Positions 48,023 through 61,033 of a stretch of 64,000 nt of DNA are shown one piece after another (position 1 is the stretch's first letter; every line of letters starts with the position of its first letter). Location: NCBI GenBank assembly GCA_022813965.1, contig JALDZS010000109.1:1-64000 (forward strand). The letters run 5' to 3'. The position numbers and the translations under genes are program-made. The notes under the pieces were generated by a model. The model was not told the origin of the DNA, made no database searches, and saw only the letters and a program-made list of their open reading frames with translations. The stretch is from Toensbergia leucococca. Lineage: Eukaryota.

Positions 48023-49956
48023 ATGGCCTGGCTTCTCATCTTGTTCATTGTCTTACTCTCCTGGACGTTGTGGACAGGCTACTGTCTCTTGGTCAACTAC
48101 AAAATTGCCTCTCAGATTGGTCTGCCTATCGTTACCAGCCCTATCGCTCCTCTCAACCCATTTCAAACATTGTTCGGCAAAAGCCTGATACCTTTGTTGA
48201 AATCATTACCCTGGGGCTTGGGTGCCTTTGCTCGCTACAATCACTTTGGCTGGGGATTTGACGACAAATATTACATGCACAAGGAACTGGGTCCTGCTTT
48301 CATTCAAGTCAGCCCTGGTCAAAGCATATTATATGTTGCAGATGCAGAAGCTGTCGAGGCTATAGTATCACAATGGAAAGACTTTCCCAAACCCATAGAG
48401 ATATATAGTGAGTTGGATGCTTCGTCAAGCAATAAACGCTAAATATAGCCCATAGAACCTCTGGCAGTCTTCGGTCATAACGTAGACACAGTGAGTAACT
48501 TCCACACATATCAAGGAACCAAACTGATTATGAAATAGGTCGAGGGTGAAGACTGGCAGCGTCATCGAAAAATCACGACTATCTCTTTCAACGAACGAAA
48601 TAGTAACTTAGTATGGGTTGAGTCTCTGCGTCAAGCTCGGGATGTGCTGCATTCTTGGGTTGAGTATGGTGAAATGGGCACTAACCAGACTGCTGAAGAT
48701 ATAACAACGTTAGCCCTGCACGTACTGACCGGCGCTGGATTTGGGATTTCGTACTCTTTCAAAACTGGACTACAAACATCTCAACCCGGTCATTCTATGA
48801 CTTATCGAGATGCACTTCAAACGATTCTCCAGAACGGATTATTTGTATTCATTTTCCCTCACCGACTGCTGACATCGTCATTTTCCACCAAGAAAATGCG
48901 TACAATAGGTTACTCCATCCTCGAATTCAAAAAATACATGGAAGAAATGGTAAAAAGAGAAAAAGGTCTTATCTCTAGACGAGACATAGGAGCAGGTAAT
49001 CTGATGAGCTCCCTTGTCCGAGCTTCAGAGGAAGCCAATGAATCTCCCGGAAAAGGTAGTATAAACCGTGGCCTGAGTGAAGAAGAGATATACGGAAATT
49101 TGTTCTTCTACAACCTTGCTGGGCATGAAACGACCGCGAACACTTTGAGCTATTGCATCCTGCTCCTCGCAGCGTATCCCGAATGGCAAGCTTGGTTAGC
49201 GGAAGAGATAAGTCAGGTGTTAGGTGGCCAAGAAGGTATTGAGACTTGGGAATATCAAAAGGTTTTTCCACAATTGAAAAGATGCCTCGCTCTTATGGTC
49301 AGTGTTACCACTTTCTTCTTGGTTCATTCCCGACCATTTCAGCCTTTGATTTCGAGTGTAACCTCGCCAAAAGACCTAGTGTCTCCTCTTTTTCTACATC
49401 TATGTAACAGATTTTTGTGTATGACATATTTTACTAAGTTGTTCATGGCCCGCAGTTCGAGACTCTTCGCTTGTATGGTCCCGTGACTGCGATTCCTAAA
49501 CATACCAGCACCCGACCTCAGTCCCTCTCAATTGACAACAAACAATATACTGTACCCCCTAATACTCTAATTTTCCTCAACACCATTGCTTTACATACGC
49601 TTCCTCGCTATTGGGGGTCCGACTCCTTGCTGTGGCGTCCTACGCGTTGGATATCTTCGTCGCCCTCAACTCCAATAGGTAACGAGACGTTACAGGAGCC
49701 AGCTAAAGGGACGTACATTCCTTGGGCCGAGGGCCATCGTGTCTGTCCGGGCCGTAAGTTCTCTCAGGTTGAATTTGTGGCTGTCGTTGCGGTCCTTTTC
49801 GGACGATACAAAGTCTACCCGGTACTACTGGAAGGGGAGAGCAGCGAGAACGCCAAGGAAAGGATACTGAAGACTATCGAGAAGTCGCATGTCGAAATTA
49901 CGCTTCAAATGAAGAACCCTCGCAGCGTAGCTCTGAAATGGACACGGCGAGACTGA
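48023..49956 (+). CDS. Cytochrome P450 monooxygenase, 3 introns
   Basis: N-terminal TM anchor, WQRHRK, I-helix AGHETTA, ETLR, WRPTRW, heme motif PWAEGHRVCPG. Confidence 0.95.
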
Positions 49957-52277
49957 GGGCAAAGTCTCTAGGCCGTGATATGGGATACGAGCCCCGGCGT
50001 TACGGCTATGTTAATTATGTAAGATTTCTCATTTTACCCACACATTTCATCTTCACTATCGTGCTTCTCTATGTACAACATTCCAAACATTTCGAGCAAG
50101 CCATTTGCTCGCTGGATACAGCAGAAATTTGTATCTATTCATTTGATATACCTGCAAAGCTACACCTTAGAGGTCGCGTATTGTCGTTCCAAGGAAGAAA
50201 TTGCAATCAGCGCAATCAACATATTTAGAGAAGCTAAGCATGGAACATTCCAGGTGAAAGATCCAATGTACCTAGCCATATTGCTAGAGTATTACTCTCG
50301 CACACCCCTGCCGCAACCGACGATTTCACTGACACGAGGAACATGAATCTCCATGTGAGTCATGGGAATGAGGAGAATGGGTAACAGCGATCGGGCACAG
50401 TAAGGAGTATCACTCAAGGCTGCAAAGAAGCAGAGCACACAATCAGTTCTGTTGTCATCATCGACACATCCTTTTTCATCTTCACAGCAGTGTTTTGCAT
50501 GTTGCTGATGACCCTGTTGGTTTCTATACTCATGTATACCAAGCTTTTCTGATTCGATCCCTAAGTTACGAAGACAGTACATTCTCCCATCCATCCCTTT
50601 TCTTCACTGCAGCTATACTAAGCTTTTTCAGGCACAGTAATCATAGCATGTGTTCATCATCCGATATGGCGGTGGTGACTATATATGAAATGTTCATTGA
50701 AAGCCTTTATCGACGTGCTCTTTGTATTGCCTTGTGCTCGATGGGAGCGAAAACCAAGAGACTACTGACATCATGTTTAGTGGCTGAATGTCAGCACAAT
50801 CGTATATGGCCCTCTCATCTTCTTCGTGAAGTTGTCGATCCTTTTGTAGTACCTTCGTATCTTTCGTCCAACCGAACGAAGAAATACGTTCTCATACTTT
50901 GGAATACGAACCTGCATCTAGAGCAACTTTTTGCTCTGTTTTGTTCTCACTATCTTTGAGATCTTTGTATCATCCCTCGCGAGAAGATCTGGAATCCGTT
51001 ATTCACTCCTGGGCGTTGCTTCAACGGGAAAGCTGCTTTCCAAGCGAGCAGAATTTTCAACTTGAAGAAGAAAGTTTGGATCATCATATTGTTCTCCACA
51101 GGTTTCATGTAAGTTTGCTATTTTGTTGAAGAGCTGCGCGGAAACCTCACCCAGAGACTACAAGCATTCTACAGCGCCGAAGTTCAGGAATCAGGCAAAG
51201 AGCAGATTAGACAAGGTGCAGCTGGCTCTTTCTGAAACGTTGCAAGCACAACCATCCAGGGATTGATCCCGAAAGGCCCGAGTGATGCCTTTGCGTTCCG
51301 CTACAAGTGGCGCTGACACGCCGATAGCTCTGTCCTATCGAGGGTTATGTCCGACGAAACAGTAGAAGTGACCTGTCAAAGAATTACACGAAGCTTTGTC
51401 CTCTTACATCTTAGCTAGGTATATTACCCTTCCATTTCCTTGCAATGCCGGCTGTTGCGCATGAATGCATTGTGAGAAAAAGTCTTTCTCTGACCTGAAT
51501 AGGCGCTGGGAGGTTGGGCTAAATCCTAGCTGGAACCTTACCTTTGATCCAGGTAGACTTTGGACGACATCGCATGAGCCGCGTTAACACCGCATACTAA
51601 ACATCCTACAACCGGGGGGTTTTCAAGCCGTCCAGCTGGGGAAGATATCTTCACTTAAATCGGCGCAGTGTCCTAACTCTCACTGTTCCGCTGAAAGATG
51701 TGTGGCACTATTTTGGGTGTGAGAAAGAACGCCAGAGAACGCTACAGAGAGAAGAGTAGGGGCTCGATTCCTGGTTATGGGCTGAGGGATTTCTTGAAGA
51801 AATGCCATCTGGAATTTTGTGAAAGAGGATTTCTATTGTTGTAATCATACACGAAGAGCAAAATGTCAATCCTCAGCTCCTCCCGAGCAACTCTAACAGC
51901 AGATAAATGCTGGAGCTCCGACAAAGACTTTGAATAGTTGAGACAAGTTTTAATACAGCAAGATGAACAACAGAGCAAGTACTGGAGGACATACTTTCGA
52001 GGCGTCGACACCTTGATCAGTCAGTAATCACGTGTCACATTGGGTTCGAGACCGCATATGTGAATTCTTATTATTATGAACCACAATCTCGCCTTTTTAT
52101 ATCCCTTGGAGACGCCAGGCGAGTCATATACAATGAGCTTCACAAGACTCAAACGCCACGCTCGAGGGCCATGACTGCAAATGATGAATAACCTGCACTG
52201 AAATTATAGGGAACAACAAAGTCGTGGAACCATAATACCGATGGCAATTGACAAGCTGTTCCTGTTAGATTTGCACC

Positions 52278-52728
52278 CTATAGCATGTTCACAGCCACCA
52301 AGACTCCACCAACGACTAAAGAGGCGGTGATCCATTCGACACTGGCCATGGTTCCAGCATTGGTGGTGGTAGAACCACCAGTATCACCAGCTCCACCACT
52401 GCTTGTCGTCTCCCCAGAAGACGCCGTTGCCGTTGCAGTCGAAGATGAGGAAGACTTCGAGGATGACGATGACATGGATGAAGAAGTGGATGATGCCATC
52501 ATTGTCGATGTGTCAGATGGCATACCGGAAGCCATCATGGATGTGGTCCCGATGTCGGAGGCAGCTGAGGCATCTACTTGTCGGGGCTGGCGAGAGGGAG
52601 GATTCAGCTTTTGGAGGTAGTATTGGAGGAAGAACAAAACGGTTTACCTTGATCTCGGGAAGGCCCGAGACGCTGATTAGGAGGAGAGGAGCCACAATGG
52701 CGTACATGGATCGTGTTGAGAACAGCAT
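52278..52728 (-). CDS. Small Ser/Thr-rich secreted, probably GPI-anchored protein; intron ~52589..52647
   Basis: Signal peptide MLFSTRSMYAIVAPLLLISVSG, spliced EIK|PRQVDAS, Ser/Thr stalk, TTNAG omega-site-like motif and hydrophobic tail. Confidence 0.82.
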
Positions 52729-53623
52729 GATATTAGTGGTAAGGGGAAGAATTTTCAATGACAAGAGAGGTTTTGAAATGATGATAGAAAACTGATGAAA
52801 AGACACGGCGAAATGAAATTGAGTAATGAGGATGAAGTCATGACATGCAGCAGGAAAACAGCGTGTGGAATGATGTAAGTGCAAGGCCTTAATTGGACTA
52901 TATCGTCATGCTAAAGTGGAAGAGATTAAGCCAATGGGCCGTCTTGGGCTTGAGAGATGCTGATCGCATTGCCTTTTTCGGAATGACGAGATCCAATGTG
53001 CTCTACAAAGATAAGAACGTGGGAGGATTAAGGTATGACCATATGACGACAGCTGTTGCTGATGAGATTAAATTACGATGAGTCGAGGGAGTGGGAGGTG
53101 GTATTGTTCTGTCGGCATTTCCTAGGGTTTGATACGCCAAGGGCATAGTTCGTCAGTGGTGATGATGTCATCTTAGGGCAACCAGACAGCCGAGATTCAT
53201 CCGAGCATCTAGGCCTCGAATAGGCTTTAGGGTTAATCCAACTACCCATTAGAGCATTTGAACAGCAAAAGATGTGGACAATAGTCAAGACTAGTGCATT
53301 TATGGTCGACTCGAGCACTTCAATGACCAGTTGTTGGGTACTGACCTAGAAGCAGAAGCTGCAAACACCATTTGTGCCGGTTTCAATTTATGGGCGATAA
53401 GAAAAAGATGATCATGACCTCATACATCGCGAGTGAAAATAAAATTAATCTAAAGAAAAAAAAACCTCCAACATGCCATCAGAAAGCCATCTCTAATAAA
53501 TATTCATGAGTTGAAAGTGAAAGGACACCAATCGTTCATAAGAGCCGACCATTACAAATCTTAGATCAGAAAGCTACTATCATACTATTATCCAAACTCC
53601 AAAAAGTACCAGACAAGGAGAAG

Positions 53624-54696
53624 ATGACATCCTCGGAATCCATCGATTCTACCGGGGTACAACATTTCACCATCCCCAAATTCAAGTTCCATACCGGCGT
53701 CACCCTTCCCATCACAGTCGCCTACCGCTCCTTCAACCACTCTGCTTCCAAAACAGTCTGCATTCCCACCTGCTACGGAGGCCGCATCAACTCCACCCTC
53801 AATTTCACCGACGGCGCTCTTAGAGACTACCATGTTGTTGTCGTCGCCATGCTCGGCAACGGCGAATCATCAAGTCCGTCAAACACGCCTGGTTTCCCTC
53901 AAATACACTACCAAGATTGCATTCGCTCCCAATACGAACTCCTAACCACACATTTGAAGATCCATGATATAAACGCCGTGATTGGCTTCTCGATGGGTGG
54001 CCAACAGGCCTACTACTGGGCTTACATGTATCCCACATTCATCAAATCGGCTGTTGTCATTTGCGGAAGCGCGAGGACCAGCCCGCACAATTATGCATTT
54101 TTGGAAGGGCCAAAGGCGGCGTTGATGAACAGCGTCGATTACGCCGACGGTGACTATCGCGCCCGCGGAATGACTGCCGAGAGGGGATTGCGCGCTTTTG
54201 GAAGGGCGTATTGTGCTTGGGCTATGAGTGCGGCGTGGTTTAGGGAGCGATTGTATGAGAAGTCTGGACATGCGGATCTTGAAGGATTTATCAAGGCCGA
54301 GTGGGAAAGCGCTTTTGATGGGTGGGATGCGGAAGATGTGCTTGTGTTGGCGCGGATGTGGCAGTTGGGGGATGTGGGGTCTTTGAGGGAAGATGGGGAT
54401 TATACGAAAGCGTTGAAGGGGATAGAGGCGAGGGTGTTGGTGATGCCGGCGAGGACGGATCAGTATTTTCCGTGAGTTTTCGCCTGGTGTGGTTTTTTGC
54501 TTTGGAGATGGATGAAGTTGAATTATTGACTTTCTTTTCTAGGCCTGAAGATAGCGAGATTGAGATGAAGTATCTGCGCCATGGCGAGCTGGCGGTCATA
54601 GAAACTATCTGGGGACATATTGGTGGCGGTGGAGCTAACGATGCAGACACCGCTTGGATGGATGAGAGAATTGCGCGCTTTCTGGGCGAATCCTGA
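53624..54696 (+). CDS. Homoserine O-acetyltransferase-like alpha/beta hydrolase (MetX family); intron 54472..54542
   Basis: GNGESSSPSN, nucleophile elbow IGFSMGGQQA, TDQYF/PP, catalytic His in IWGHIGG. Confidence 0.9.
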
Positions 54697-56858
54697 TGCT
54701 TTCAGCTGCATGCTGTCAGCCCTTTTTGATATGCCACCCATTAGATCTACCCGCCGCCTAGTTCTATTCACTCGCCACCAACAAAAAAACAATAAACTTT
54801 ACAGACCCGCACAGCATCCATCAGCTAATCCAGCTCTTCTCAGACCCTCCCAACCATAGATACCAAAACCACAACCCACCCCGCCAACGACAGCCAAAAG
54901 ACCACAACACCCAGCTTCACCATCCCCTAGACCGCCCAACCTGTCAAAGCCAAAGCACCCCTCATAAGAACTCCTTCTTTAACCCAACTCCATCAAATGA
55001 CAGCGTGACAACCCAACCCAACCCATCCCAGCAAAAGCGCACCGTCCACACCTCAAAGCCGCAGCGCTACATACAACAGACAGCCCCACACAGCCTCGAG
55101 CGTCAACGCAGTCCCACTTATCCCACCCACTCTTCAACAACATTCCTCGTCTCCAAGCGGAGGGGGGGGCGGTGCGATATCTTTCTTTGCCTATAGCTTT
55201 CAACGAAGTAGCGTTGTTGACGATCTCGATACGAGACACATGAAGTCGGTTGCGCTATTAGCGCCAGGGACTTTTTTGAGAGCCCGATTTCTTTTTGTGT
55301 GGGAGAGGAAGATTCGACGGAGTTCCCGGGGGGATAGGGTTGGATGGTCGTTGTTGTGGGGGATGGAAGGTGGGTGTTTTGGGGGGGGGTAATTGATAAC
55401 ACCGTCGCTACTTTTTCTCGGGAATTGCCTTTCCAACAGGACGATGTTGCCTTTTTGCTGAACGGTAGTACCAAGTTGAACAGAAAACGTTATCCTTTGG
55501 GATATATATTAAAAAAAAAAAGGGGTAAATTTGGTAGAAAGAGCAACACAACCTGTTGTTTCTCTCTTCCATCCCAATCTTCTTCTTCTTCCTTCTTGTG
55601 CAACAAAAATATATCCTCCCTTCCTCCCTCACCCCGAAGCCTCGCCTCCGAAACTAAGTGCACCAGATACCTTTCTGTGGCAAAAGGAAAGTGAACCTTA
55701 TAAATTGTGTCAAGCGCCCTGAACGTGAGCGCATATTCTGCATCATAACAATTTTTACTTCTTTCTTTTTTTTTTGGGAAAAGGTGGTCTTTTAGAGAGT
55801 GTGAAAAAAAAAAAAAAAAAAAAAGAAAAGGGGCCCGTTTTTTAAATAGCAGAGAGGTCGCGGTTGGGATCGACGGGTTATATTTTTCAAACTGTTTCTC
55901 CTTCTCTGTTTTGAGGCTTTTATGATTCTTTTGAGGGGCTGGAGCGGGTGAGAGAGGTTGAGCTTGACAGCTTTTTGGATCGTGAGGCTGAGGGAGAGGT
56001 TGAGGTTGAGGGACCCCCCGTGTCGAAGACGAGTGTCCTGTTACTTATCTGATTCTCAATACTACACATGGCTCTATCACTCACCCCTCACCCCTGACCC
56101 CTCACCTCTCACCCCTTCACCTCTCACCCCTCCCTTCCTCTCCCCCCTCCCCTCCTCTCCTCACACCCCCTCTCAAAACCAAAAATGCCCCCAAACACCC
56201 CCATCTCCCACACCACCAAAAAAACCCCCATTCCCCCACATCCCAGGCTCTTATGAAACATCGTAGCAACTGCACCGATTCTCCAATCCCAATCCCAATC
56301 CCAACCCAATCAAATCGGATCCGGATCAATTATTCAAAAAAGATTCTAATTTGGTTCAGAAAGAAAGTATGGGGGATGGGGAAATGTGAGCTGAGAAAAC
56401 ACAGCCAGTAAAGGGCCCACCAAGGAAAGGAGGGTCAGCTTTAATTATCTAGAGTCTTGGGGGTGTTTTTTTGGGGGCGGTGGGGTTGGGGGAAAAGACG
56501 GTGGGTGGAGGAATGGAATGGGGGAGGAGTAGGATTGCTGGATTAGTAGGAGGAGAGGGAGAGTGGTGGGTGGGTAAGCGGGTAAATCGACGGCTTTTAC
56601 GAGGAATGGATTTTGTGCTGTTGGATGAGTCTTCCCAATGCGTTGATGAACAAGATCAGTGCGTCTGTGGGATTTGGAGGAGATCTTTTTGTCTGAACGC
56701 GATATAGTCTCAAAAAAAAAAGGTCAAGTTCTCCTCTTACTTTTAGATAGACATAGCAGGCAGCTCTCAAGATATCTGCTCCAGAGCTCTCGAGACCGCC
56801 AAAAGATCATAGGTAGCAAATATTTCCACATCCTCCAAAGCCCCCAGAGCCCAAGAAA

Positions 56859-57443
56859 TCAATAAGCGTTACCCGCATACGGCAGAATCTTGACATTGTC
56901 CACCCCAATCCGATTGTTTGCTCCATTGGAGCAGCTAAACACAATGGAGAACGGATCCGCCGACGACACGGCTTGGAAAGTCGCTCCGGTGGTGTACCAC
57001 ACCCCGGGCGTCTCTCCGCCAATACCACTGCCAGTAGTCACGCTTCCAGTGGTAGTCTTGTACGGATACTGAATCGAGACAGCGCAGTCGTTGGACACGG
57101 TAGCATTGAATGTATAATCTACGGCAATGGAGTAGTTGTGGCCGGCACAAGTATTCATGGTCTGGGTGAGGGTGTCGCCGCTGGCGCCGCCGGAATAGGG
57201 GCCCGGATAGAGGATGGCGGTGAAAGCATATTGGCCGCCGTTGTGGGTGCTACCGGGGCTTGTGAGTGCGTAGGTTGAGGCGCCGATGAAGGAGATGACG
57301 GTCCAGGAATTGCCTCCGGAGGTTGGAGGGGTTTTGCCGGACTCGAAGCCGCCGTCTTTGATGACGGAGCCTGTAGGGCAGGAAGTGGTGGGATTGGCAA
57401 GAGTGAGGGCAATGAGTGGAGAGAGGACTAGTGCGAAACGCAT
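56859..57443 (-). CDS. Small secreted protein with CBM4/9-like (galactose-binding-like) beta-sandwich
   Basis: Signal peptide MRFALVLSPLIALTLA, IKDGGFES, LTQT...CAG..Y, IGVDNVKI; 4 Cys. Confidence 0.82.
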   Translation of the reverse strand: MRFALVLSPLIALTLANPTTSCPTGSVIKDGGFESGKTPPTSGGNSWTVISFIGASTYALTSPGSTHNGGQYAFTAILYPGPYSGGASGDTLTQTMNTCAGHNYSIAVDYTFNATVSNDCAVSIQYPYKTTTGSVTTGSGIGGETPGVWYTTGATFQAVSSADPFSIVFSCSNGANNRIGVDNVKILPYAGNAY

Positions 57444-59119
57444 CTTTGATAGGGAGAATTCAGATACAGATGCTAGATAAATGTAAGATGACGGTGTGGT
57501 TTAATTTGTATTCGAGGCACCTGAAGAGAGCTTGGAGAGCTTGGAGAGCTTGGGTAAACTTGTGAGTCGTGAGGATGGCAAGCCCGTCTTGTCTTCTTTA
57601 AATGAATCTTCGGAAAGCCAATGCTGCTGATCCCGTTGTATTTTGGACGCATGGCCGGAACATTAGGTGGGAAACAAGGGTTTGACTCTGTAATTCGAGC
57701 TATTTTCGCTCAATAGACCAGAAGCTTGGGACTGATGAGGCTTGACTAGTAACGGTTGTCCGTTCCAATCAAACTCAGACCGGAGTACAGAGGTTGGATT
57801 ACAGACGTTGAGTAGGGGGTCAGCTTAACTTCGATGCACCGATGCACTATATCATTCGTCAGCTTTATGCAGCTGCTGCCTAAACTGTCTAAAGAAGCAC
57901 CTCAAAGACATTGTCACACCGTACCAATGCATCAACGCCATGGAGTACTTAAGGAGGCTGAGGGAGTAGTAGTCGTTAAAAATAGGCGAAAATGATTAGA
58001 CATTTTGCTCCGCCTCCACATCTTTGGTCTTGGCCTCATTCTCCGAAGCCAATTGGAGGTAATTGGCCGGACTCCAGTTGATATCAAGGACTTTCCGCTT
58101 CTTGGCGAGTCTCTAAGTATTCAGTAAAGGTTTTGCCGCATGATTCTCATTAATCAATGTACTTCTTCCATTTTCTCGGGCAGGTGTGCAAGGTATTCTC
58201 ATGCACTCGAGTGGCATGACTAGGTATTGTCTTGATGATTCTGAGACATGCGCTTTCATAATCCTTCTCACTAATGACTCGACTAGACACAGGAGCAGCT
58301 GTCACTTCCGCTGTGGAGGTCGTAATTTCTTCGTCTTGTCCCACAAAGGATCGTCGATGGGTTTCACTCATTATCAACTAGGACCGCATGACATAAGACT
58401 AACCCATACCATGCATTCGCTGCCGTTATTGATCGATCCCAAAGAGCTCGGATTTCCGTTTTTTCAGTGAGGACAAAAAGTGCATCGATGATGACTATTT
58501 CATGTGTCTTTTAGACTCAGCGGACTCAGGCATCTCTGCTCGTCTGTATCTACCGCTTTCCTGAGTATGTGAGATGATTCTTTTGGCTTTGCGGGAAATA
58601 GATGAGTACGTCTGAGGATATTGTACACTTTCATTTCGTAGCAGTGACGAGTTGCTTGTAATGGTGAAGATGTCAAAACAGACTTTGCTGCTATGGGATA
58701 GGGGAGGATCTGCTTGTCGCACACGGAGCGGAGAAGTTTCAATGTAAGTGACACGTTGAATGGATTTGGCACCGAGACTTTTTGATTTGCTTCTGTGTGC
58801 TTGAATCACCGAGTGATGTAACCGACAGCTATGTTGATTGTAAAAGTATTTCTACTAAACAGAGTTCACCCCTTGATGGGGTTGTCTTTCGCCACTGAAA
58901 TGGGACATCTGTTTGAGTCAAGTACCCTGACTATGTCTTGATGTCGGCAGTGTTTAGTGGACCTGCAAAATCGCCCTTGAACGAAAAACGCCATGCTTGC
59001 AGTATGGCATCGTTCCCTAGAACCCGAGTGAACCTTTTCCCTCGACACCCAAAGATGTCCTCTTAGACTTTACATGCATAATCAGGACAACGCCATCTTG
59101 ATTCTACGGGAATATTTTC

Positions 59120-61033
59120 TCATCGCTCCATCGTTGCCGTGTCATTCATATTTACCGCTTTTGAGCCCATTGGCCCCTGCGAGATTCGCTGCGCAATAGT
59201 TGCTACGGCGTCATGCAACTGGTCATGCTCCGCAGCTATTTCGATCAACTTCCGATGCAAAAGCTTCAGCACGTCGAACTTCGCCATACCAATACGATAA
59301 GCCGTGCTTGCTGTGTCTCCTACTGCCATAGGAAGGTAAGTGGCAGGCTGCAACAGATATGGGAGTACAGCTTCGATGGCAGGACTTGTTAGAATGGCCA
59401 AAACCCCAGAACTTGGCATTTGCTGTTCGTCACAGTGACACTTGTCGACTAATTCTAGTTCTGTTGGCAAGGTGTAAGGGGTATCTATTGAGCGGCCAGG
59501 GGAGCCACTTGACAAAGGGCCCCATTGTGCAGCAATGACCGTCTTCATCAAGTTGATTGCAGCCAAAGCATTCTCCTCAAGTGCAGAAATCTCAGCCGCA
59601 TTCACAACATCGGTCCATAGCATTGGATATCGCTCCAGATAAAGATAGTACAGAACGCGTGCTGCCGCTTTATTATTCTTCATTATTTCCGCATTCTTAT
59701 GGGCCATCGTTTCGACGAGCTTTGAACCCACTTCAAAGACATCACCGAAAACAGATGCTAAGACATTGAAAGCATCTGCACTATGTGGCTTTGCTGGAAT
59801 CAAGAAAAATGGTGAATCACCGTGTTGATTTGGAAGCAGTGCCACGCGAGGCATAGAAGTTAGAACGTGAAGATCGTGCTTAGGAGTTTGGCCTTGCGAC
59901 CAAGAGGCTGTCGAGACTCTTCCAAGTACGTCCGAGAGACGTGACAGTATGACGCTTGGTACTGATGGCGATGTGTACAAGAGATGATATGGAAAACGGG
60001 AACAGTAAACCGAGACATAATGAGCAGAGCGGCTATAGAGAAAAGCCATGTCCAAGGAGCTGTACTTGGATGGCTCCAAGTAAAACGACATGGAACGAGA
60101 GTGAAGCCCTTTTAATATGAGGAATTCTAGGTGACGCGAATGGAGCTGCCCGCTGGTCGAGGGAAAGCCCATAATTGCCACGAAAAAGTCAATGAGTGTC
60201 ATATGCATGAGGACATCGTTGTTATAATCGACCATGTGCACAGCAGCGAATTCTATAAGTCCACCACTCCCAACTTGGTATATTTGTTCGATCTCCGGGA
60301 ATTGTGATGTTCTCACAAGCTCGCAGTCTATTTTTGGTAAGAAGTCCAGGAGTCTGCTCTGTGCAATAGTTTTGTCCCTTTTGCTTAGCTGGCCACTATT
60401 GGTGCCTGGCGTGGAAATGCTGCACAAAGCGAGGATGGATCCATATATGTTCTTATCTCGAAACAGTCTTCTCCACATCAGACCGTCCCATAATTGCTGT
60501 TTCCCATTGACTTTTTGTTCTTGGGGATTCATTGAGAGTTCAGTACTCGCCATGAGCAAGCCGATTATCACATCTTGGGCTTTTGAGGCAACAGTAGTGT
60601 CGGATGTACATAACCATAGTCTGACGAGGGCAGCCACTACTAAAGGCCAACTAGCGACTACCTCGGCATCGCCCAAATTTGAGCATGCCTTTTCAAGAAG
60701 GCACAGAGCAACGAGGTTGATGGAAGAAGACTGAGCTCGAAAGCCAGCTTCGAAATCAATAGGTGGTCGTATGTTGAGAATGCGCTGGAAGTCATAGTTC
60801 GCAGGACGGACTAGGCTTTCGACAAGTGCTGTGGCAGGCGCTGGGTCCTGTTGTAGAGTTGGAAGAAGTTCTGAGAGTTGATTAATCAGACCATCCCGTA
60901 CAGCTTCTCCTAAAGCATCCGTGATTAGCCCGTCGAGGGTAAGTAGTAGATTCTGATTCAGGGGCTTGGTAGGATCTTCCTTCACTTCTTCCAGATGGCT
61001 TTGCACTTTGGTTAGCAGGTCAGGATTCGCCAT
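59120..61033 (-). CDS. Helical-repeat protein, probably Hsm3/PSMD5-like proteasome assembly chaperone
   Basis: 637-aa uninterrupted Leu-rich ORF with MWRRLFRDKNIY, KTIAQSRLL, DVLMHMTLIDFF. The family assignment is from recollection and unverified. Confidence 0.7.
   Translation of the reverse strand: MANPDLLTKVQSHLEEVKEDPTKPLNQNLLLTLDGLITDALGEAVRDGLINQLSELLPTLQQDPAPATALVESLVRPANYDFQRILNIRPPIDFEAGFRAQSSSINLVALCLLEKACSNLGDAEVVASWPLVVAALVRLWLCTSDTTVASKAQDVIIGLLMASTELSMNPQEQKVNGKQQLWDGLMWRRLFRDKNIYGSILALCSISTPGTNSGQLSKRDKTIAQSRLLDFLPKIDCELVRTSQFPEIEQIYQVGSGGLIEFAAVHMVDYNNDVLMHMTLIDFFVAIMGFPSTSGQLHSRHLEFLILKGLHSRSMSFYLEPSKYSSLDMAFLYSRSAHYVSVYCSRFPYHLLYTSPSVPSVILSRLSDVLGRVSTASWSQGQTPKHDLHVLTSMPRVALLPNQHGDSPFFLIPAKPHSADAFNVLASVFGDVFEVGSKLVETMAHKNAEIMKNNKAAARVLYYLYLERYPMLWTDVVNAAEISALEENALAAINLMKTVIAAQWGPLSSGSPGRSIDTPYTLPTELELVDKCHCDEQQMPSSGVLAILTSPAIEAVLPYLLQPATYLPMAVGDTASTAYRIGMAKFDVLKLLHRKLIEIAAEHDQLHDAVATIAQRISQGPMGSKAVNMNDTATMER

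Noticed and set aside
44275..49956. Possible secondary-metabolite cluster (PTH11-like, thioesterase, P450)
   Set aside because: No backbone enzyme (PKS, NRPS, terpene synthase), transporter or cluster regulator in the window.
52010..52060. GGTTCGAGACC B-box-like motif
   Set aside because: No acceptor or anticodon stems could be formed.
53226..53236. TAACCCTAA on the minus strand, resembling a telomerase RNA template
   Set aside because: A 9-mer expected by chance, only ~500 bp upstream of a protein gene, with no supporting structure.
57990..58380. Possible small spliced minus-strand gene
   Set aside because: No consistent open reading frame across the putative intron.
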